DNA of 64,000 nucleotides from Lama glama (taxonomy: Eukaryota): NCBI GenBank assembly GCA_028534125.1, contig CM052816.1, positions 59,026,001-59,090,000 of the forward strand. The letters run 5' to 3'. The notes under the pieces are model-generated. The model made no database searches, was not told where the DNA came from, and saw only the letters and a list, made by a program, of their open reading frames with translations. The position numbers and the translations under genes are program-made. Below are positions 24,726-38,340 of this stretch, one piece after another (within the stretch, counting starts at the first letter, position 1; every line of letters begins with the position of its first letter).

Positions 24726-25469
24726 AATCCAAATCAGACAGAGAGCATGCAGAAAATGACAAGGCGTCAGGTGGCTTCTGGTTTATCAGTGAAGACTGTG
24801 TAAAAAGATGGTCTACCATGTGTCTATCTCAGCAGCTAAGTAAGACAAAAGGGCTATTATCTGTCCCCCAGTTTTTTAGCATCTGACAAGGTGATTGCGG
24901 ATGCTCAGTGAATAAGTGGTAGAGCAATGTTATGTTCAGGTTGCATATTTGTTAGTAGAGGACCCTCCCTAGGCAAGTTCTTAACAATTCAATAATGTCA
25001 ATTTTTAAAAGGAATCTCTGATATAAAAATGAATGGGGACTGGAGCATAGTCTGACTCTAGGAAGGACATGGTGAGGCAGAATTATTGGTTTGGACAGTC
25101 CTCTATATATTCAACAGCCACAAGTCCACCACTAGATAGTTATTGTATTTACACAACAGAAAGGAGATGATGAAAACTTCTCTGCTCTTCTCTAGTCTGA
25201 CATATGTGATATCTGCTGTCTGTTTGTTTATTCTGATCTTTCTAAACCATAAAAAGGCGTAGAAGGCACAATAAAGTTTAGACAAATCTCACAAATATCC
25301 TGAACCTGCAACAAGCAAAATCACTCAATCACTCAACAAACATTGGGCAATTGTGAGACCATCTCAGTGGTAGGTTCAAAAGCTCATGCTTTCGAGTATC
25401 TATTTGGCATAGTGGAATTTTGTTTTTATCACAAGAAGCCTAGGAAATGATCCTTCGACCTTCACACCA

Positions 25470-26250
25470 AATTATTCCTGCCCTTTCTGCATCCTTAATG
25501 TCTAGTGACTCTGTCTCCTTTCCATTCTCACAGCAAGTTCTCTTTATCTCTCATTTAGACTGTCATAAACTGGTTCCTTCCTTTAGTGTCTTTCACTCCA
25601 AGTCACTGTGGCCCAATTAATCTGCCTAAAGGCCAATCCTCTGAAAAATGTTCAGTGTCTGTTATTACCTGGAGAATTTAGACCAACCTTTCTAACTTAT
25701 TCTTTCGGATACTCTGCAATTTGGCTTCCAACAAAATTTCCAGCTGTGATGTCCCTTTTTTTTTTTTTTTACTATATCCTATGCTGTAGCAAAATTGGTC
25801 TACTTGCTGTTTCCCAAACAGATATTTCATTCCTGTGCTTTTGTGCCATTTCCTTTTTTTTCTGGAGCCCACTCCTCCATGTCCTCTTACTGTTTAAGTC
25901 TTTTCCTTCCTTCAAGCCCCAGCTCAAGATGTCACATCTTTGATGAAGGTTTCTTGGCTCCTGCCTCCTGGTAAATGACTTATTCCTTCTCTGGACTCCC
26001 ATAATATTCAGCTCGAATCTCTCAGGGATCCTCTCTGATTCCTCCCTGTGTTATAATTGTTAGTATGAAATGTCACAGTCTTAGAGTTTTGCAACTAGGA
26101 AGAATATTTTTCCTCTCTCTCTTATTAAACTTTAAATTCCTAGAGGCAAGAGTGTTTCTCCTTCATATTCACGTCCCCCGGAGTGTGCAGCAGAGTTCTA
26201 ATCACATGGCAGATGTTCAGTAGATGACTGTCAAATGAATGCAATGAGCA
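25470..26250 (+). mobile_element. L2 3' portion
   Basis: ccttccttcaagccccagctcaagatgtcacatct, ctttaaattcctagaggcaagagtg, and tail ggcagatgttcagtagatgactgtcaaatgaatg. Confidence 0.8.
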
Positions 26251-28379
26251 TTTAAAATCCACAGTTGCAATATTAACCACTGAAACATATAGTCCTAAAG
26301 TTGGAAAATGGGGTTTACTTGGATATACTTGTCTCTTCTGTCTTTTGGATATGGGTGACCAAGGATTTCCAGTAAGACTTGCTGATATTTGGTTTATCTG
26401 AGGAGGCCAAAGAGAACATAAGAAAATAGTTGGGAAGAAAGAGGTGATGACAAGGGGCTGACAGGAAGCCAGTGGCTATTTAACTTTCTTTTTCTCATCA
26501 AAAAGTTTCACCTTTTACTTGTCTCTTTCCTATCCCTTTTGTCTTCCTCCTGTTCCCTATGTTTTTTGACCCATGGCAAGGACCATGAATGATTGATAAA
26601 GATTGGAAAGATATTATTAGATCTCTTCCTCCATGGAAATTTTCTGGTTCTGCTGAATTATGATGTCCAGGGAGGAAATTTAAGTCTTGCTTTCCATCCT
26701 ATAAAATGAAAGGGTGATAATCGATTAGCCCTGAGTTCCCTTATAGCATCAGAATTTGTTGAAATCTAGTCAGCGGCAGTACCACATATTTTTCCCTTCC
26801 CTCGGGGTATTGAGTTCTTGAGTAGAACATTGACATTTTCTTTGCTATAGTTAGTTTTATGAAGCATGTTAAACTTTGAGGGGATGGAAAGGATTTGAGT
26901 TGATTGGTACAAAAACTCATAGGGCTAAAGAAATTCCCTTTAATGAATAGTAGGGTAATGAAATTTGCCTGTAAAATTTGGCCATGTTGAGAAAAGGATG
27001 GATATTCCTGTGGTGAAACTTAAAGGAACCAGAGGAGTAGCTAACTGTAACACTTCTTTTCCTGGAAGCTGGTGTAGGCACACACAATCTCTGAGTCCAA
27101 GCGAAAAAACCTTCCTTTCTTGTCCATACTTAAGCACCTGTTAAAAGACCTGTCACTGAGCCTCCATCCCTGAATAGCTATGACGCAGATCCACCTCTGA
27201 CATCCTTAAAGCATTTCCTTTGACTGAAGATCACAACCTCAGCCTATGCAGGCTGACTTGAAGCCAGCTACTTCCTGCCCAAACCAAAATAACTATGAGC
27301 CAAGCCAAAGCATAAGATAGTTTGAATGGATCAGCAGAGAAGACGGTCATGAGATGAGGATCATCAAGATGTTGCCACCATGATGGTTCCCAGGGTCTCC
27401 TGCCATGCTGGGTCAATAGGGATGGGGGAAGAGACCTCCCAGGAGATACATGTGAATTACGAGCAGTTCCCCATACCTACCTATTGACACTCTCCTTCCA
27501 GGAATGAACTCACCAACTGACTTCAAAAGGAGCTCAGCCTACGCCTGCCTTTGACCACAGTCTTGTCACCAACACCTTATGATTAACTGAATCAAAAGCT
27601 TCCGACAGGTCTAAAATTAGCCTGGCTAAACATATCATTAAGGAGTTAAGGAGGAGTGTGAATGACCTTTCTTCAGCCCTGGTCTCCCAGATCCAGTCAG
27701 CTGTGGGGGCTCACTGGAGTGCTAAATCGAGCTTTTAGGTTCTTGAAATAAATGACCCTTTAGATTGCTTTTTTTTAATTGCCTGGAGGTGCATATTTTT
27801 AGAAAGTTTGGAAGCATTCTGTTCATCTATTTTGAATCATTTGAGTATAAAAATGTAGTATTTTCACACTTTGGGATATTCAAGTCCCTTATTCCTTTTT
27901 TTAAAGTCTCTAATATTTTTTTAAACCTTTCAAATTAGTTTATTTGAAGGCTACATTTGATTTTCTCACAGTTTCTGAGGTAAGAATGTAACTTTACCAG
28001 CTTTGAGGGAAAAGAAAATCATAGTAGTTCATCGTAAAGAAGTTATAAATATGTGCGAATACTATTCTCAGCCTCGTATTTCTGGTTGGGATTTAAATAC
28101 CCACAGGTAAAGGCAGGGTCTATGTTTTCACTCCTTTACGCAAACCTTTAATGGTAGATTACAGATAAAGATTTATCTTCTTTATTCTTGCTACTCAAGG
28201 ACACCCTTATCCTTCATTTCTTTCCAAGTTCTGAGCGTGAAAGACTCGGGGGAAGAAACTGAAGATGACATGGTGCCATTTCTGAACTCTTGCTTGACAT
28301 GAGCCAGACTGTTTCAATTTCTTTACTTTCCAGCCCAATTATTTTGAAATTTCATTTCTCTTCTCACTAAGCCAGCAGG

Positions 28380-28670
28380 TCCCAGAGTATGCTTCCTAGA
28401 ATACCAGGTCTGTAGGATGTTAATAGATGTGACTTGGAAAAAGAGTTTTGAGTTATACAGATTTCTTTACTGCTGGACTTCTTTCTCAGATTCCCTAGTG
28501 TGTGGTGTGAATCTCTGAGTAGGGAATATGGTGTATAGTATTTCTCATGCTTATATGCCTTGGATGAACTTATTTATTACCACCACCCCCCCTTTCTCTT
28601 TCCTCCAGTCTCTTTATTTATTAAACCAAATGTCTTGAAGACTAATGTTTTCAGAAGCACAATTTGGGAG
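28380..28670. mobile_element. hAT-Charlie MITE (MER112/MER113-like)
   Basis: ggatgttaatagatgtg...tttactgctggacttc...gtgaatctctgagtagggaatatggtgtatagtatttctcatgcttat. Confidence 0.55.
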
Positions 28671-28749
28671 GTAAGAGAGAGGATAATATTTATCATTTCA
28701 AAATTATATCAATTTTTCAGTTGACTGAGCAGTAATCATCTAGACTAGC

Positions 28750-28890
28750 TACTGGTATGTCCCACCTCTCCCACCACTGGGTGGTGGCTTCGGACAGTCA
28801 CTTGTCTTCTCTGAGCCTCCATTCCTTTATGTATAAAATGAGAAGTCTGGGCCTCATGATCCTTTGGACAATTAGAGTGTCCCCTCTCCA
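28750..28890 (+). mobile_element. MIR SINE
   Basis: gtcacttgtcttctctgagcctccattcctttatgtataaaatgaga. Confidence 0.7.
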
Positions 28891-30857
28891 AGTTCCTGCA
28901 AGGTGGACAGTGGCAGGGCTCAGCCACCCAGCTTATAAACCACAGCTGGTGGGACCAGAGGTAGAATAGTGTTATCTGTGCAGGTTTGAGTGATGGACTT
29001 TTGGCTAATTCTTTTTCAGATGCTGTCAAAGGGTCATTAGCGGCCAGAGAATAAACCAAAGAAATTTTAGGCTAAAGGAAATCCTTTAACCAAGGCCAGG
29101 CATCTGAAAATAGGAGGTTGGCTAGAAAGTGGCTTCTCAGCCAGGATTTTAATATATAGGCTTCACAGCCCAGCTAAGGTCATTTTCATGATTTTTAATT
29201 GAAGTGTGTCTGTGCTAATGCTGTAATTATAAACAGACTCTGTCAAGTCAAGGAGCATTTGCCTTTCTATTGTTGTGTTTCAAGGCACTGGCTGCCCAAT
29301 TTGGAGGAGTGGGAAAGGTCTTTATTTCAGAATACTGCTCCAGAAGGATGTAGCGTTGATAGTGAAGTGTCATATTCTCTCTGGTCCTTCCTCCTCAAAC
29401 CCAGAGCTTGCTACCAGCATCTGAAGAGCCCTGGACAGGAAGGAAAGCCCACATTCTATGTAAAGTCACACCAGACTTTAAACCCCACTGGGGTCCAGTT
29501 TCCTGATCTGTGACATGAGATCCTGACTGTACTGTTTCTGGGAAGCACATCTCCAGAGGCTGTTCCATCCTTCACCTGATCAAAGTGTACCTGCTCCAGA
29601 GCCTTGCCCTTGGCTTCGTGAGCTAGGAGTCTACAAAATGTGTGGTGGGTTGGGTGTTCATGGCCGAGAGCTTCATTGCTCTTGTGGGGGCATTGTTCTT
29701 GTTCTTTTTGAAGCAAGACCTTCTTGCACACACCCTGCTGTAGTTTGCAGGAATGCATTACTCCAGATGCAAACCTCCCATTCTGAATGGGGTGGTTGTG
29801 TTTTGGTGGCTTGGCATATTTTGGGACCATCTTCGTTCTACTCCCTGAGCAGCTTCCTTTTTTTCTAAGTCTGTTCATCCTTAATAACAGTATAGAAAAG
29901 CGAGGGTGAAGCCTCTGTTTCCATCTTTGCAAGCCACACAGGATCAGACTGGTGAATACAGCACCTGTCTGAGCATAGAGGAATTGTGGAGAAGATTCTC
30001 TTCCTAGTAGCTATCATTGCATGGCTGTCACGAGTCTACAATTTATCCTTTAGGTCTGTAAAGACAGCCTCTGCTGTACCACAGCCCCCTTCTCATAAAC
30101 CAGCCTGCCCTCTCCAAGCTCTTCCAGTGTAGACAATAGATTGTGTGACCTGGCCCTCCTTGAGTTCCCCAACCACAGCTGGTTATCTCAGAAGAAGCAG
30201 TCCCTAGGCTGAGTTGATCAATGATATCTTTTCTCTCAAGAATTTGACCTGAGGTTCACCTTCCCCTCCCACATACATTAGAGTTTGCTCCTTTTTAAAA
30301 AGCCTCACCTCAGTTATGCTTTTGCCTAACCTTCCTGTCATCCCCACCATTTTTCTTTCCCTAATATCTGAGCTGAGAAATCCCTCGGGGAAGGACCCAC
30401 CTGTTGGTTTCTTTCTCATCTGTATAGAAGTTTGTCTGTTTGCCTATCAGGACATGATGGAGAAAAAACTGAATGGATTTTCATCTTATTTGGAGAGACA
30501 TTTACATGGCCTGACTTAAAAGATAGGCTATGAAACATCCATGCAATTCACCTTTTGGAGATGGATGAGGATAGCTCAAAGAGGGACTTTTTTTCTGTAG
30601 ATGTTTTCTAAAACACCTGCAGGGATCTATTTGCAATCAAGTTGCTTTGGGCAATTGGCTCTAGCTGATTTGAGTGATGTCATTTGATGAAGAGGTTGAG
30701 ATAGATTGGGAGCTAAAAGACTTGGGCATTTACGGGTTTCTCTCACGGGAGTCTGGAGTGTGATGTGGACCATCTTTGCACACTCTTTCCCAGGGGTGGT
30801 TTGGTTTTCTGCTGAAAATATTTGAGTCACCTTAGGATTAAAGCCAGGTTGAAGAAT

Positions 30858-30861
<4 letters not shown>

Positions 30862-30924
<63 letters not shown>

Positions 30925-30929
30925 AGAGG
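30862..30929. repeat. (AG)n microsatellite / homopurine tract
   Basis: About 27 uninterrupted AG units followed by an imperfect purine tail. Confidence 0.98.
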
Positions 30930-31934
30930 TGGCTTCCTGCCTTTAGACCCTGAAAAGCTAGAATCTTCCAAAGTAGGAGGGGAGTGAGATTGATTCACTG
31001 ATGCTCCGTGCCTGAGAGATGGCTTCTGCTGAGAAACACGGAGAGAGCAAACCATGTGGGACTGAGACTGAGGCTTGGAAGTGGCACAGTGATGTCTCGG
31101 AGACTGAGGAATGGGCTGCATGGCTGGATGTCCTGGCCACAGTGTCACATCTAGGATCATATTTGGGTTCAGCAATTTTTTTTCCCCAGCACATTTCTCA
31201 GAAACCGTGGAAAGCAAATGCTCAGGCATATGGGCTGCTGTCAATGATAACAAATCTATTGTGCACGTTTTTTTCTAAATTCCTGGAAACACATGGCTGG
31301 ATATAAAACAACCCCTCCCTTATTTTAGATGGTCAAGTAGATTTTCATAGATAATGGTGATACATTTTCAAGAAACTAGAATTTGGGGGGAAATCTTGAT
31401 GGTGTATCCTGTGGCGAATTCAGTGACATTTTGCAACTTTTCTGTTGGTGTGCTCCCTCATTTATTCAGCAACGAGTTAAATGTTGTTCTCAACACCATG
31501 AATCGCAAACTTCATACACTGAAGAACAGCTGAAGTGGTTAGAAGGGCCTCTTAGAAAAGTCCATTTAGTTTGTTTGAACAATTTTAAATTTATGAAGCC
31601 TCCTTTGTTAGTAATTAAGAATAGTGGAAATGAAAATAACATTTTAAATAAAGTGACAGTATGACTTTATATGCTAATAATACTCTCTCAAATCACATAA
31701 AGTTGGCTTTGTTGGCATCTCTGTTTTACTGATGATAGTCAAAGACATTAATTGACTTGCTCTAAATGACACCACTGCTGGCGGGGTACAAGCCAGAGTC
31801 CCCCCTGCTGTCCCTCATAGCATTCTATACCCAGGCCTGTGGTGTTTTCCTCTTACAGTTTATTTTTAGTGAAACACTGATCTGCAATAATAAATAAAGC
31901 AAAGCAAAACAATTTAAGTAGCCAAGAGGAAAGG

Positions 31935-32361
31935 TGTGTTGGCCAACTCCTGTCCGCCACCACATCCTCTTGCCCTACATTTTATTCTAACCATTACCAT
32001 GGAAACCAGCTACACCATCTATCTACCTCTTTGTGCCTCCAGGATTTTCCGACTTGGCAGTGTGGGCCACCTGTAGAAACTCACTAGGCTGTTCTCATGT
32101 ATGCACAAGCCTGGAGCTAAGAATTATCACCCAGGGAAACCCTTGACCAATGGAGAATGGTGGCTGATCAACAAGCTCGTCCTTCTTGGGTCACTCCTCC
32201 TACATATCTCCACATTGTACTTTACCTTGTGTTTTTCTCCTTTCCTGTTTTGCTCTTTTTAGCTCCCAATTGTTTCCTGGATTCATCTCTGTAAATTAAC
32301 AACCCCTATGCAAGCCTTTATCTCAGGCTCTGTTTTTTTGCGGGGAATCCAAGCTAAGATA
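31935..32361 (+). mobile_element. LTR16A/B-like ERV-L solo LTR
   Basis: aacccttgaccaatggaga and 3' end ctttatctcaggctctgttttttgcggggaatccaagctaagata. Confidence 0.7.
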
Positions 32362-32402
32362 AAAGGTTTCTGCAAACCCCAGCTTCAAGATCACTCACTA
32401 AT

Positions 32403-32858
32403 TATAGTGGGCATTCATTGTTTCTGCCATTTGGTATTCATTCTTTATTCTTATGATAGCTGCAGCTTGAATTCTTCTTTCTCTAACTCAGTCCATATGG
32501 CTTTGGTGTACCTGATGCTATCCCTGAATTCCACGTGGTCCAGGTCACAGTCTAGGCTTGGAGGAGAACACGTGACCCAATCAGATGCTGTAAGGCTTTT
32601 ACTGGGAACAGGAGTCTTGCTTCTGTGTGCTGAGCTTGGCCCCTGAGGGGCTGAGAGGTCTGTGCCGCTAATATTGGACTTGAGACTGCCAAAGGCAGGA
32701 CTCAGTTAAGGAAAAAATCCACGTCTTGATCATATTATTTGAGTCCTGAATCCATCTATGCACCACAGCAGAGCCACCCCTGAACTGTTATTAAGCCTGT
32801 AAGCCCGTAATTGCCCTTGGGCTAAACTGATCACTTGCAATGAAAGCGTCTCAACCAT
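32403..32858 (+). mobile_element. MLT1K/J-like MaLR solo LTR
   Basis: cacgtgacccaatcag, gtcttgatcatattatttgagtcctgaatccatctatgc, and end tcacttgcaatgaaag. Confidence 0.55.
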
Positions 32859-34235
32859 TCTCCAGATCTTCAGGACCTCTAGTTTTAGTCCTTGCCAAAC
32901 CTAGTAGGCACCAAGATGCATCTCAGTTCCCATCACACAAGCATCCTCCCAACACCATGATTAAAGAAACTACCATGGGAGAGAGATTTTTTTCCTCTTC
33001 CCCATCCATCCAGATTGAAACGTTCCGGGTGAAATAATTTGTGACACAATTTCAGTCTTCCCTTGTAGAAGAATAGCAGATTCTCAATATCTTTGCTAGT
33101 GAGATCATAGAAGCAGTGACTAATATGGAGTAATTTCTGCCTTGATGAAAGGGGTGGGTTAGCTGTGCAGTGATGGCTTTGGTGTGACTCACTTCTTCTG
33201 GGGCCCTGGTGTCCTCTTGCACTTTCTAGAATTGCTGTTTTGAAGGAGTGCTCTGTATTAACCTGTGTTCTAGGACAATGCTCTCACAAGCATCACGGGC
33301 GGTGGTTTGGATAATCCAGGTTCTACCATCTGCCATACTTCATGCCTCAGATTTTACCTTCTTCTTCTCATTTATGCTCTTTCCACTTACCCAAATTCAT
33401 GGCTTTCTTCCCTAATCTAAGTCATTGTCTTTTGCAAAGCAGTATCTTTTGAGGAAGGATTACTCAGATTTAGAAGAGTTTTACCAGAAAGACCTTTTCC
33501 TTTTCATTGACCTCCACCTCTGATTCTGCTTCTAGATGCCAGTGCATTTATAACCTAACTGATGGTGTGATGTAGAAAAAGGCTTCCTAGGCAAGGGGTA
33601 AGATCATCATACTGGTCTCAAATGGCCCAAGCTACTGAACATCTTTGAGGCAACCACATAAATCCCTAGAGCTTGTTTGGTTTCTACACTGTCTCAAACT
33701 CCACACCAAATATCTCTGGCTCCTTAAAGGATCAGGAAACCCATAAGCTCACCTCATCTATTAGCCATTTTCAAAGCCTTTTCCCCATAGACTGAACAAT
33801 TTTGTAATTTTCTTAGTTGTCTGAGGTGTAGAAAGCTCAAGGAGAGGTGCCCAGAGTCACTCTGGGACAAACATAAAGGCACAGGACGGACTGGCAGACA
33901 GAAGTCCTGAACTGAAAGGAGATGCCAACTAAAGAAAGGTTCTGTTCATCTAAGCAGGTTCTCTGAACAATGCCTTTTTCCTGGGGACCAGATCCACTAG
34001 TGTCTATCTAATCGTGTTCTCGCTATTAGGTCTATCTTTCGAAGACAATTTTTTTTTTTTGGCAAAGATGTCTTTATTTCTTGCATGAGGGTGTTTGTTA
34101 TATTTGCCAAGGGGCCCTGTGGCTCGGTCTTAAGTACTGAGTGTGCATATGTGTTCTTTTGCGTTATTATTAATTTTTTACTTTTAGGTAAAGATGTGAT
34201 TAGTTATTTACATTTTAGAGTAAAGCTCTAGTTAT

Positions 34236-35392
34236 TAGTTTATTTTATATTGAAGGACAGTTGATTTACAATGTTGTGTAAGTTTCTGGTACAGCATAAT
34301 GATTCAGTTATACATATAATTATTATATATATTATTTTTCATATTCATTTTCATTATAAGATATTGAATATAGTTCCCTGTGCTATACAGTAGGACCTTG
34401 TTGTTTATCTATTTTATGTAATAGTAGTTGTATCTATAAATCTCAAACTCCTAATTTATTCCTCCCCTGCCCCTTTCTCCTTTGGTAACCATACATTTGT
34501 TTTCTATGTCTCTGAGTCTGTTTCTATTTTGTAAGTAAGTTTGTTCTTATCATTTTTTTTGATTCCATATATAAGTGATATTATATGATACCTGTCTTTC
34601 TCTGACTTACTTCACTTAGTACGATAATCTCTAGGCCCATCCATGTTGCAATATTTCACTCTTTTTTATGGGTGGAGTGGTATTCCATTGTGTATATATG
34701 TACATATATATACACATACACACCGCATCGTCTTTATCCAGTCATCTGTTAGTGGACAGTTAGGATTGCTTCCATGTCTTGGCTATTGTAAATAGTGTTG
34801 CTCTGAAGATTGGGGTGCACGTGTCTTTTCTAGTCAGCGTTTTCTCTAGATATATGCCTAAGAGAGAGATTGCTGGATCATATGGTAACTCTATTGTTAG
34901 TTTTTTAAAGGAATCTCTATACTGTTTTCCACAGTGACTGCACCAAATTACATTCCCAGCAGTAGTGTAGGAGGGTTTCCTTTTCTCCACCCCATCTCCA
35001 GCATTTGTTGTTTGTGGAATTTTTAATGGTGGCCATTCTCACTGGTGTGAGGTGATACCTCATTATAGTTTTGATTTGCATTTCCCTGATAATTAGCAGT
35101 GTTGAACATCTTTTCATGCACCTATTGGCCATCTGTATGTTTTCTTTGGAGAAATGTCTATTTAGATCTTATGTCCATGTTTGTATTGGGTTGTTTGTTT
35201 GTTTGTTATTGAGTTGTATGTATATTCAGGAATTAAGCCCTTGTGAGTCACATCATTTGCAAATATTTTCTCCCATCCTGTAGGTTGTCTTTTTCTTTTG
35301 TTATGATTCCCTTTACTGTGCCAAAGCTTATAAGTTTGATGAGGTCCCATTTGTTTGTTTTTGCTTTTATTTCTATTGACTGGGTAGACTGC
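34236..35392 (-). mobile_element. Young 5'-truncated L1 (~1.15 kb) with TSD
   Basis: Frameshifted ORF2 pieces [47 protein letters not shown] and [16 protein letters not shown] taaagctctagttat (34221) / taaatctctagttat (35393). Confidence 0.97.
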
Positions 35393-35909
35393 TAAATCTC
35401 TAGTTATAACTACCCTGCTTCTGCCTACTGGTGTAACTTCAGTGATCTACTTTTCTGCCAAAAGAATGGGGTCCTGCTGAGAAGGAAGACAACTGAGCAA
35501 CAGGAGGAAAGAGGAATTTCTTCCATTTATACTGGTAGCCTTGGATTGACTGGTGCTTTAATTGGCCTCCCTTAGGCACTAAGCAGAATCCTGCTCTACT
35601 TGGGAGGCTCCTTTAGGGCCTCCATATAGGACCTGCTAAGAATTCTTATACCTCCAACCATACATAAACAAATTGAATTGCACAATTATGACAAAAACAC
35701 ACCTCACCAGCCCCACTGGCCATCTTGCAGTCATTTAGGATTACCAACCAAGGTCTGGAAAGTGCACATCTGACCTCACGGACCTGAGCAAGCTGTGTCA
35801 GCATGGTCAGTTGTAGGGATTTCCTAGACACCCCGTTGCACAGCTGTGAGATTCATCACCAAGTCCTTCAATGGGCTTCTCTTGGGGGTCATTTTGTAAA
35901 AACTTTAAA

Positions 35910-36035
35910 GCTGATCATTAAATATGAGTGAGCAAGTGCTCTGTGCAAGGCACATGTACTTAGCACTGCAAGAAAACACAAAGAAAGGTAAGAAAGGGTT
36001 CCTGCCTTCAACACATTTACAATCTTGTCTGTAAA
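35910..36035 (-). mobile_element. L2 3' end
   Basis: cattaaatatgagtgagcaagtgctctgtgcaaggcac...ttcctgccttcaacacatttacaatct. Confidence 0.65.
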
Positions 36036-36409
36036 GCCAGGGCACAAAACACAAAATTAAACAATGAAATAAGTGTTTCGTAGGAACGCGAGACTGCATC
36101 CCGGAGATGTTACAAGGCAGCTGGTGACTGCTAATTAGATTTACTCAATACAATTAACTTTTTTGATGAAAAATAAGTGCATCCATTGTTGTTTTACATA
36201 ACCTTAATATTCATCACCACCCAAAGACAGATGTAGATTTTATTTCTGATGACGAATACTCCATGATTTATTTTGCAGCTAAGACATTGACACTAAAATG
36301 CTGCTGTTATTTACCCAAACTAACAGTTGATGGAACTAGGTTGGATGTTTTTTTGGCCCGGGGAAAGTTCTGAGCCACTGAGAGTACACTGTTACCTGTC
36401 TTAAGAAGT

Positions 36410-36695
36410 CAAAGAAGCAGCATGTGGTTGGCAAAAAAAAAAAGATTCTGGAATCAGATGGGACTAGGTACACATCTAATACTTTCTTGAGACTTATCTT
36501 GACCATTTGTCAGCTGTATAACTCTGGGCGATTTACTTAATCTCTCTGATGTTCTGATTACTCACTGGTAAAGCAGAGACAATAATATGTTTCTTGTAGG
36601 AATATTAAGGGGATACATGGTTTAATGCACATTACACCTAGTGCATTGGCATGGTATGTGAAACCAGTAGGCTCCCCATGATGGTGGCTTTTAGA
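36410..36695 (+). mobile_element. MIR SINE
   Basis: ttctggaatcagatggg...agctgtataactctgggcgatttacttaatctctctg. Confidence 0.75.
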
Positions 36696-37210
36696 CTGAT
36701 GTAACTATACACATTTGAATTGCCTCTTTAGGTCATTTGAAGCTTCACATGGGATGACTAGGAATTGTGACATACGTCCTGGGCCCAGGGTAAGACATGC
36801 TGAGTGAGCTCTGTCTTGACTAGAGGTTATTGCAGTTTTTAATGCCAGCTGTATAACAGTAATAATTTAAGAAGACGTTATTGATTTCAATGAATTTTTA
36901 AAAACTCTAAAACTTGTTTTCACTAATTGGTAATTCACACTTGGTAAAAACATTTTTTATACTTTTTTTTTTTTAACGAGTGAGATCAGTGTTGTCTTCT
37001 AAGATGAAAACTATAATACACTTGATGTTGCTGGTAACAATGTTTGAATAAGAACTATGGTTTAGTCACAGAGAAATTTGTCTTTATTATCACTGGAAGG
37101 TAACATAAAAGCATTTAGATAAAACAGTGGTTTAAACTCCTGATGTCAGAGTCAAAGGCATTTATGTTATGCACCACAGACAACTTTGTAAAAGTGAGTT
37201 GTTCGGGTGC

Positions 37211-37590
37211 TGTTTTGGGGTGAATTATGTCCCCTCCACTCCCAAATTCATATGTTGAAATTCTAACCCCCAGTATTTCAGAATGTATTTGGAGATAGGG
37301 TCTTTAAAGAGGTAATGAAGGTAAAACTATGTGGGTGGGTCCTAGTTCAATGTGACTGTTATCCTTATGAGAAGAGGAAGTTAGGACACAGGCACAGAGG
37401 GAAGATGACGTGAGGACACAGGGAGAAGACAGCCACTTACAAGCAAAGGGCAGTAGTCTGAGAAGAAACCACACTTGCCAACGTCTTGATCTTGGACTCT
37501 GGACTCCAGAATAGTGAGAAAACACATTTTTGTTGTTTAAACCACCCAGACCGTGGTGCTTTGCTATGGCAGCCCAAGCAAACACGTACA
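37211..37590 (+). mobile_element. MLT1B-like MaLR solo LTR (complete, TG...CA)
   Basis: tgttttggggtgaattatgtcccc...aaattcatatgttgaa...ttggagatagggtctttaaagaggtaat...ttgctatggcagcccaagcaaacacgtaca. Degenerate 5-bp flanks ggtgc/gatac. Confidence 0.9.
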
Positions 37591-38149
37591 GATACCAAAG
37601 TAGCCCTAAAGAATCGGGAGCTTACTCCACCTTGCAGGTGAGGGAGCGTAAGGGTCAGAGAGTGAAACTGCAGCTCAGACTGTGGTTCATGGACCAGTGC
37701 AAGTCAGCAAATAATTTATTCTCCTTGAGCAGCACAGGAATTGAGAGAATAAAGGTTTATAAATTGAAAAAAAAAAGAACTGGGAGCTTATAAGTAGGGG
37801 CCAGTATTGTTCCATTTAGATCTGGCTACTATTTTTCTCAAAGGAAAAAAAAACGTAAAGAGGAGCTTGGGAGTTCCTGAACCAGTTACTTACGCTGCCG
37901 AGCCACACCCAAAATGTGCTGTTAAATGCAGAAGTCTGGGAAAAGGGTATAGACTGGGTTTTAACTGAAGTCATGTAAAATGTGTGAAAAATCATCTTGA
38001 CTAGCTGGAGGAATGAGAATTTGTTGTTAAAATAAAATAAAATAAATAAAATTTGTTGTTTGAAAGCTTTAGTACTCAAAACTTGCTTTTGTAAAGAACA
38101 GTAGAGAAATGTGATTAGGTTGTTCAGGTGACAAACAAGGAGGATCTAA

Positions 38150-38340
38150 ATTTGAACCTAAACCCTAACACTTCCAAATGGTGTGGTTTTGGTCAAGTTG
38201 CCTGATCTCTCTCAGCCTCTGTTTTCTCATCTATAAAAAGGGGCATTTCATATGGTGGTTATAAGGATTAAGTGAGTTAGTAATGAGTTACTATATGAAG
38301 ATGCAATAAATATGAGCTGCTATTATTATGTTAATATTAA
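38150..38340 (+). mobile_element. MIR SINE
   Basis: tctctctcagcctctgttttctcatctataaaaagggg...aataaatatgagctgctattatt. Confidence 0.85.

Noticed and set aside
30627..31253. 208-aa minus-strand ORF with SLSLSL run
   Set aside because: Its length is inflated by the stop-free (CT)n microsatellite.
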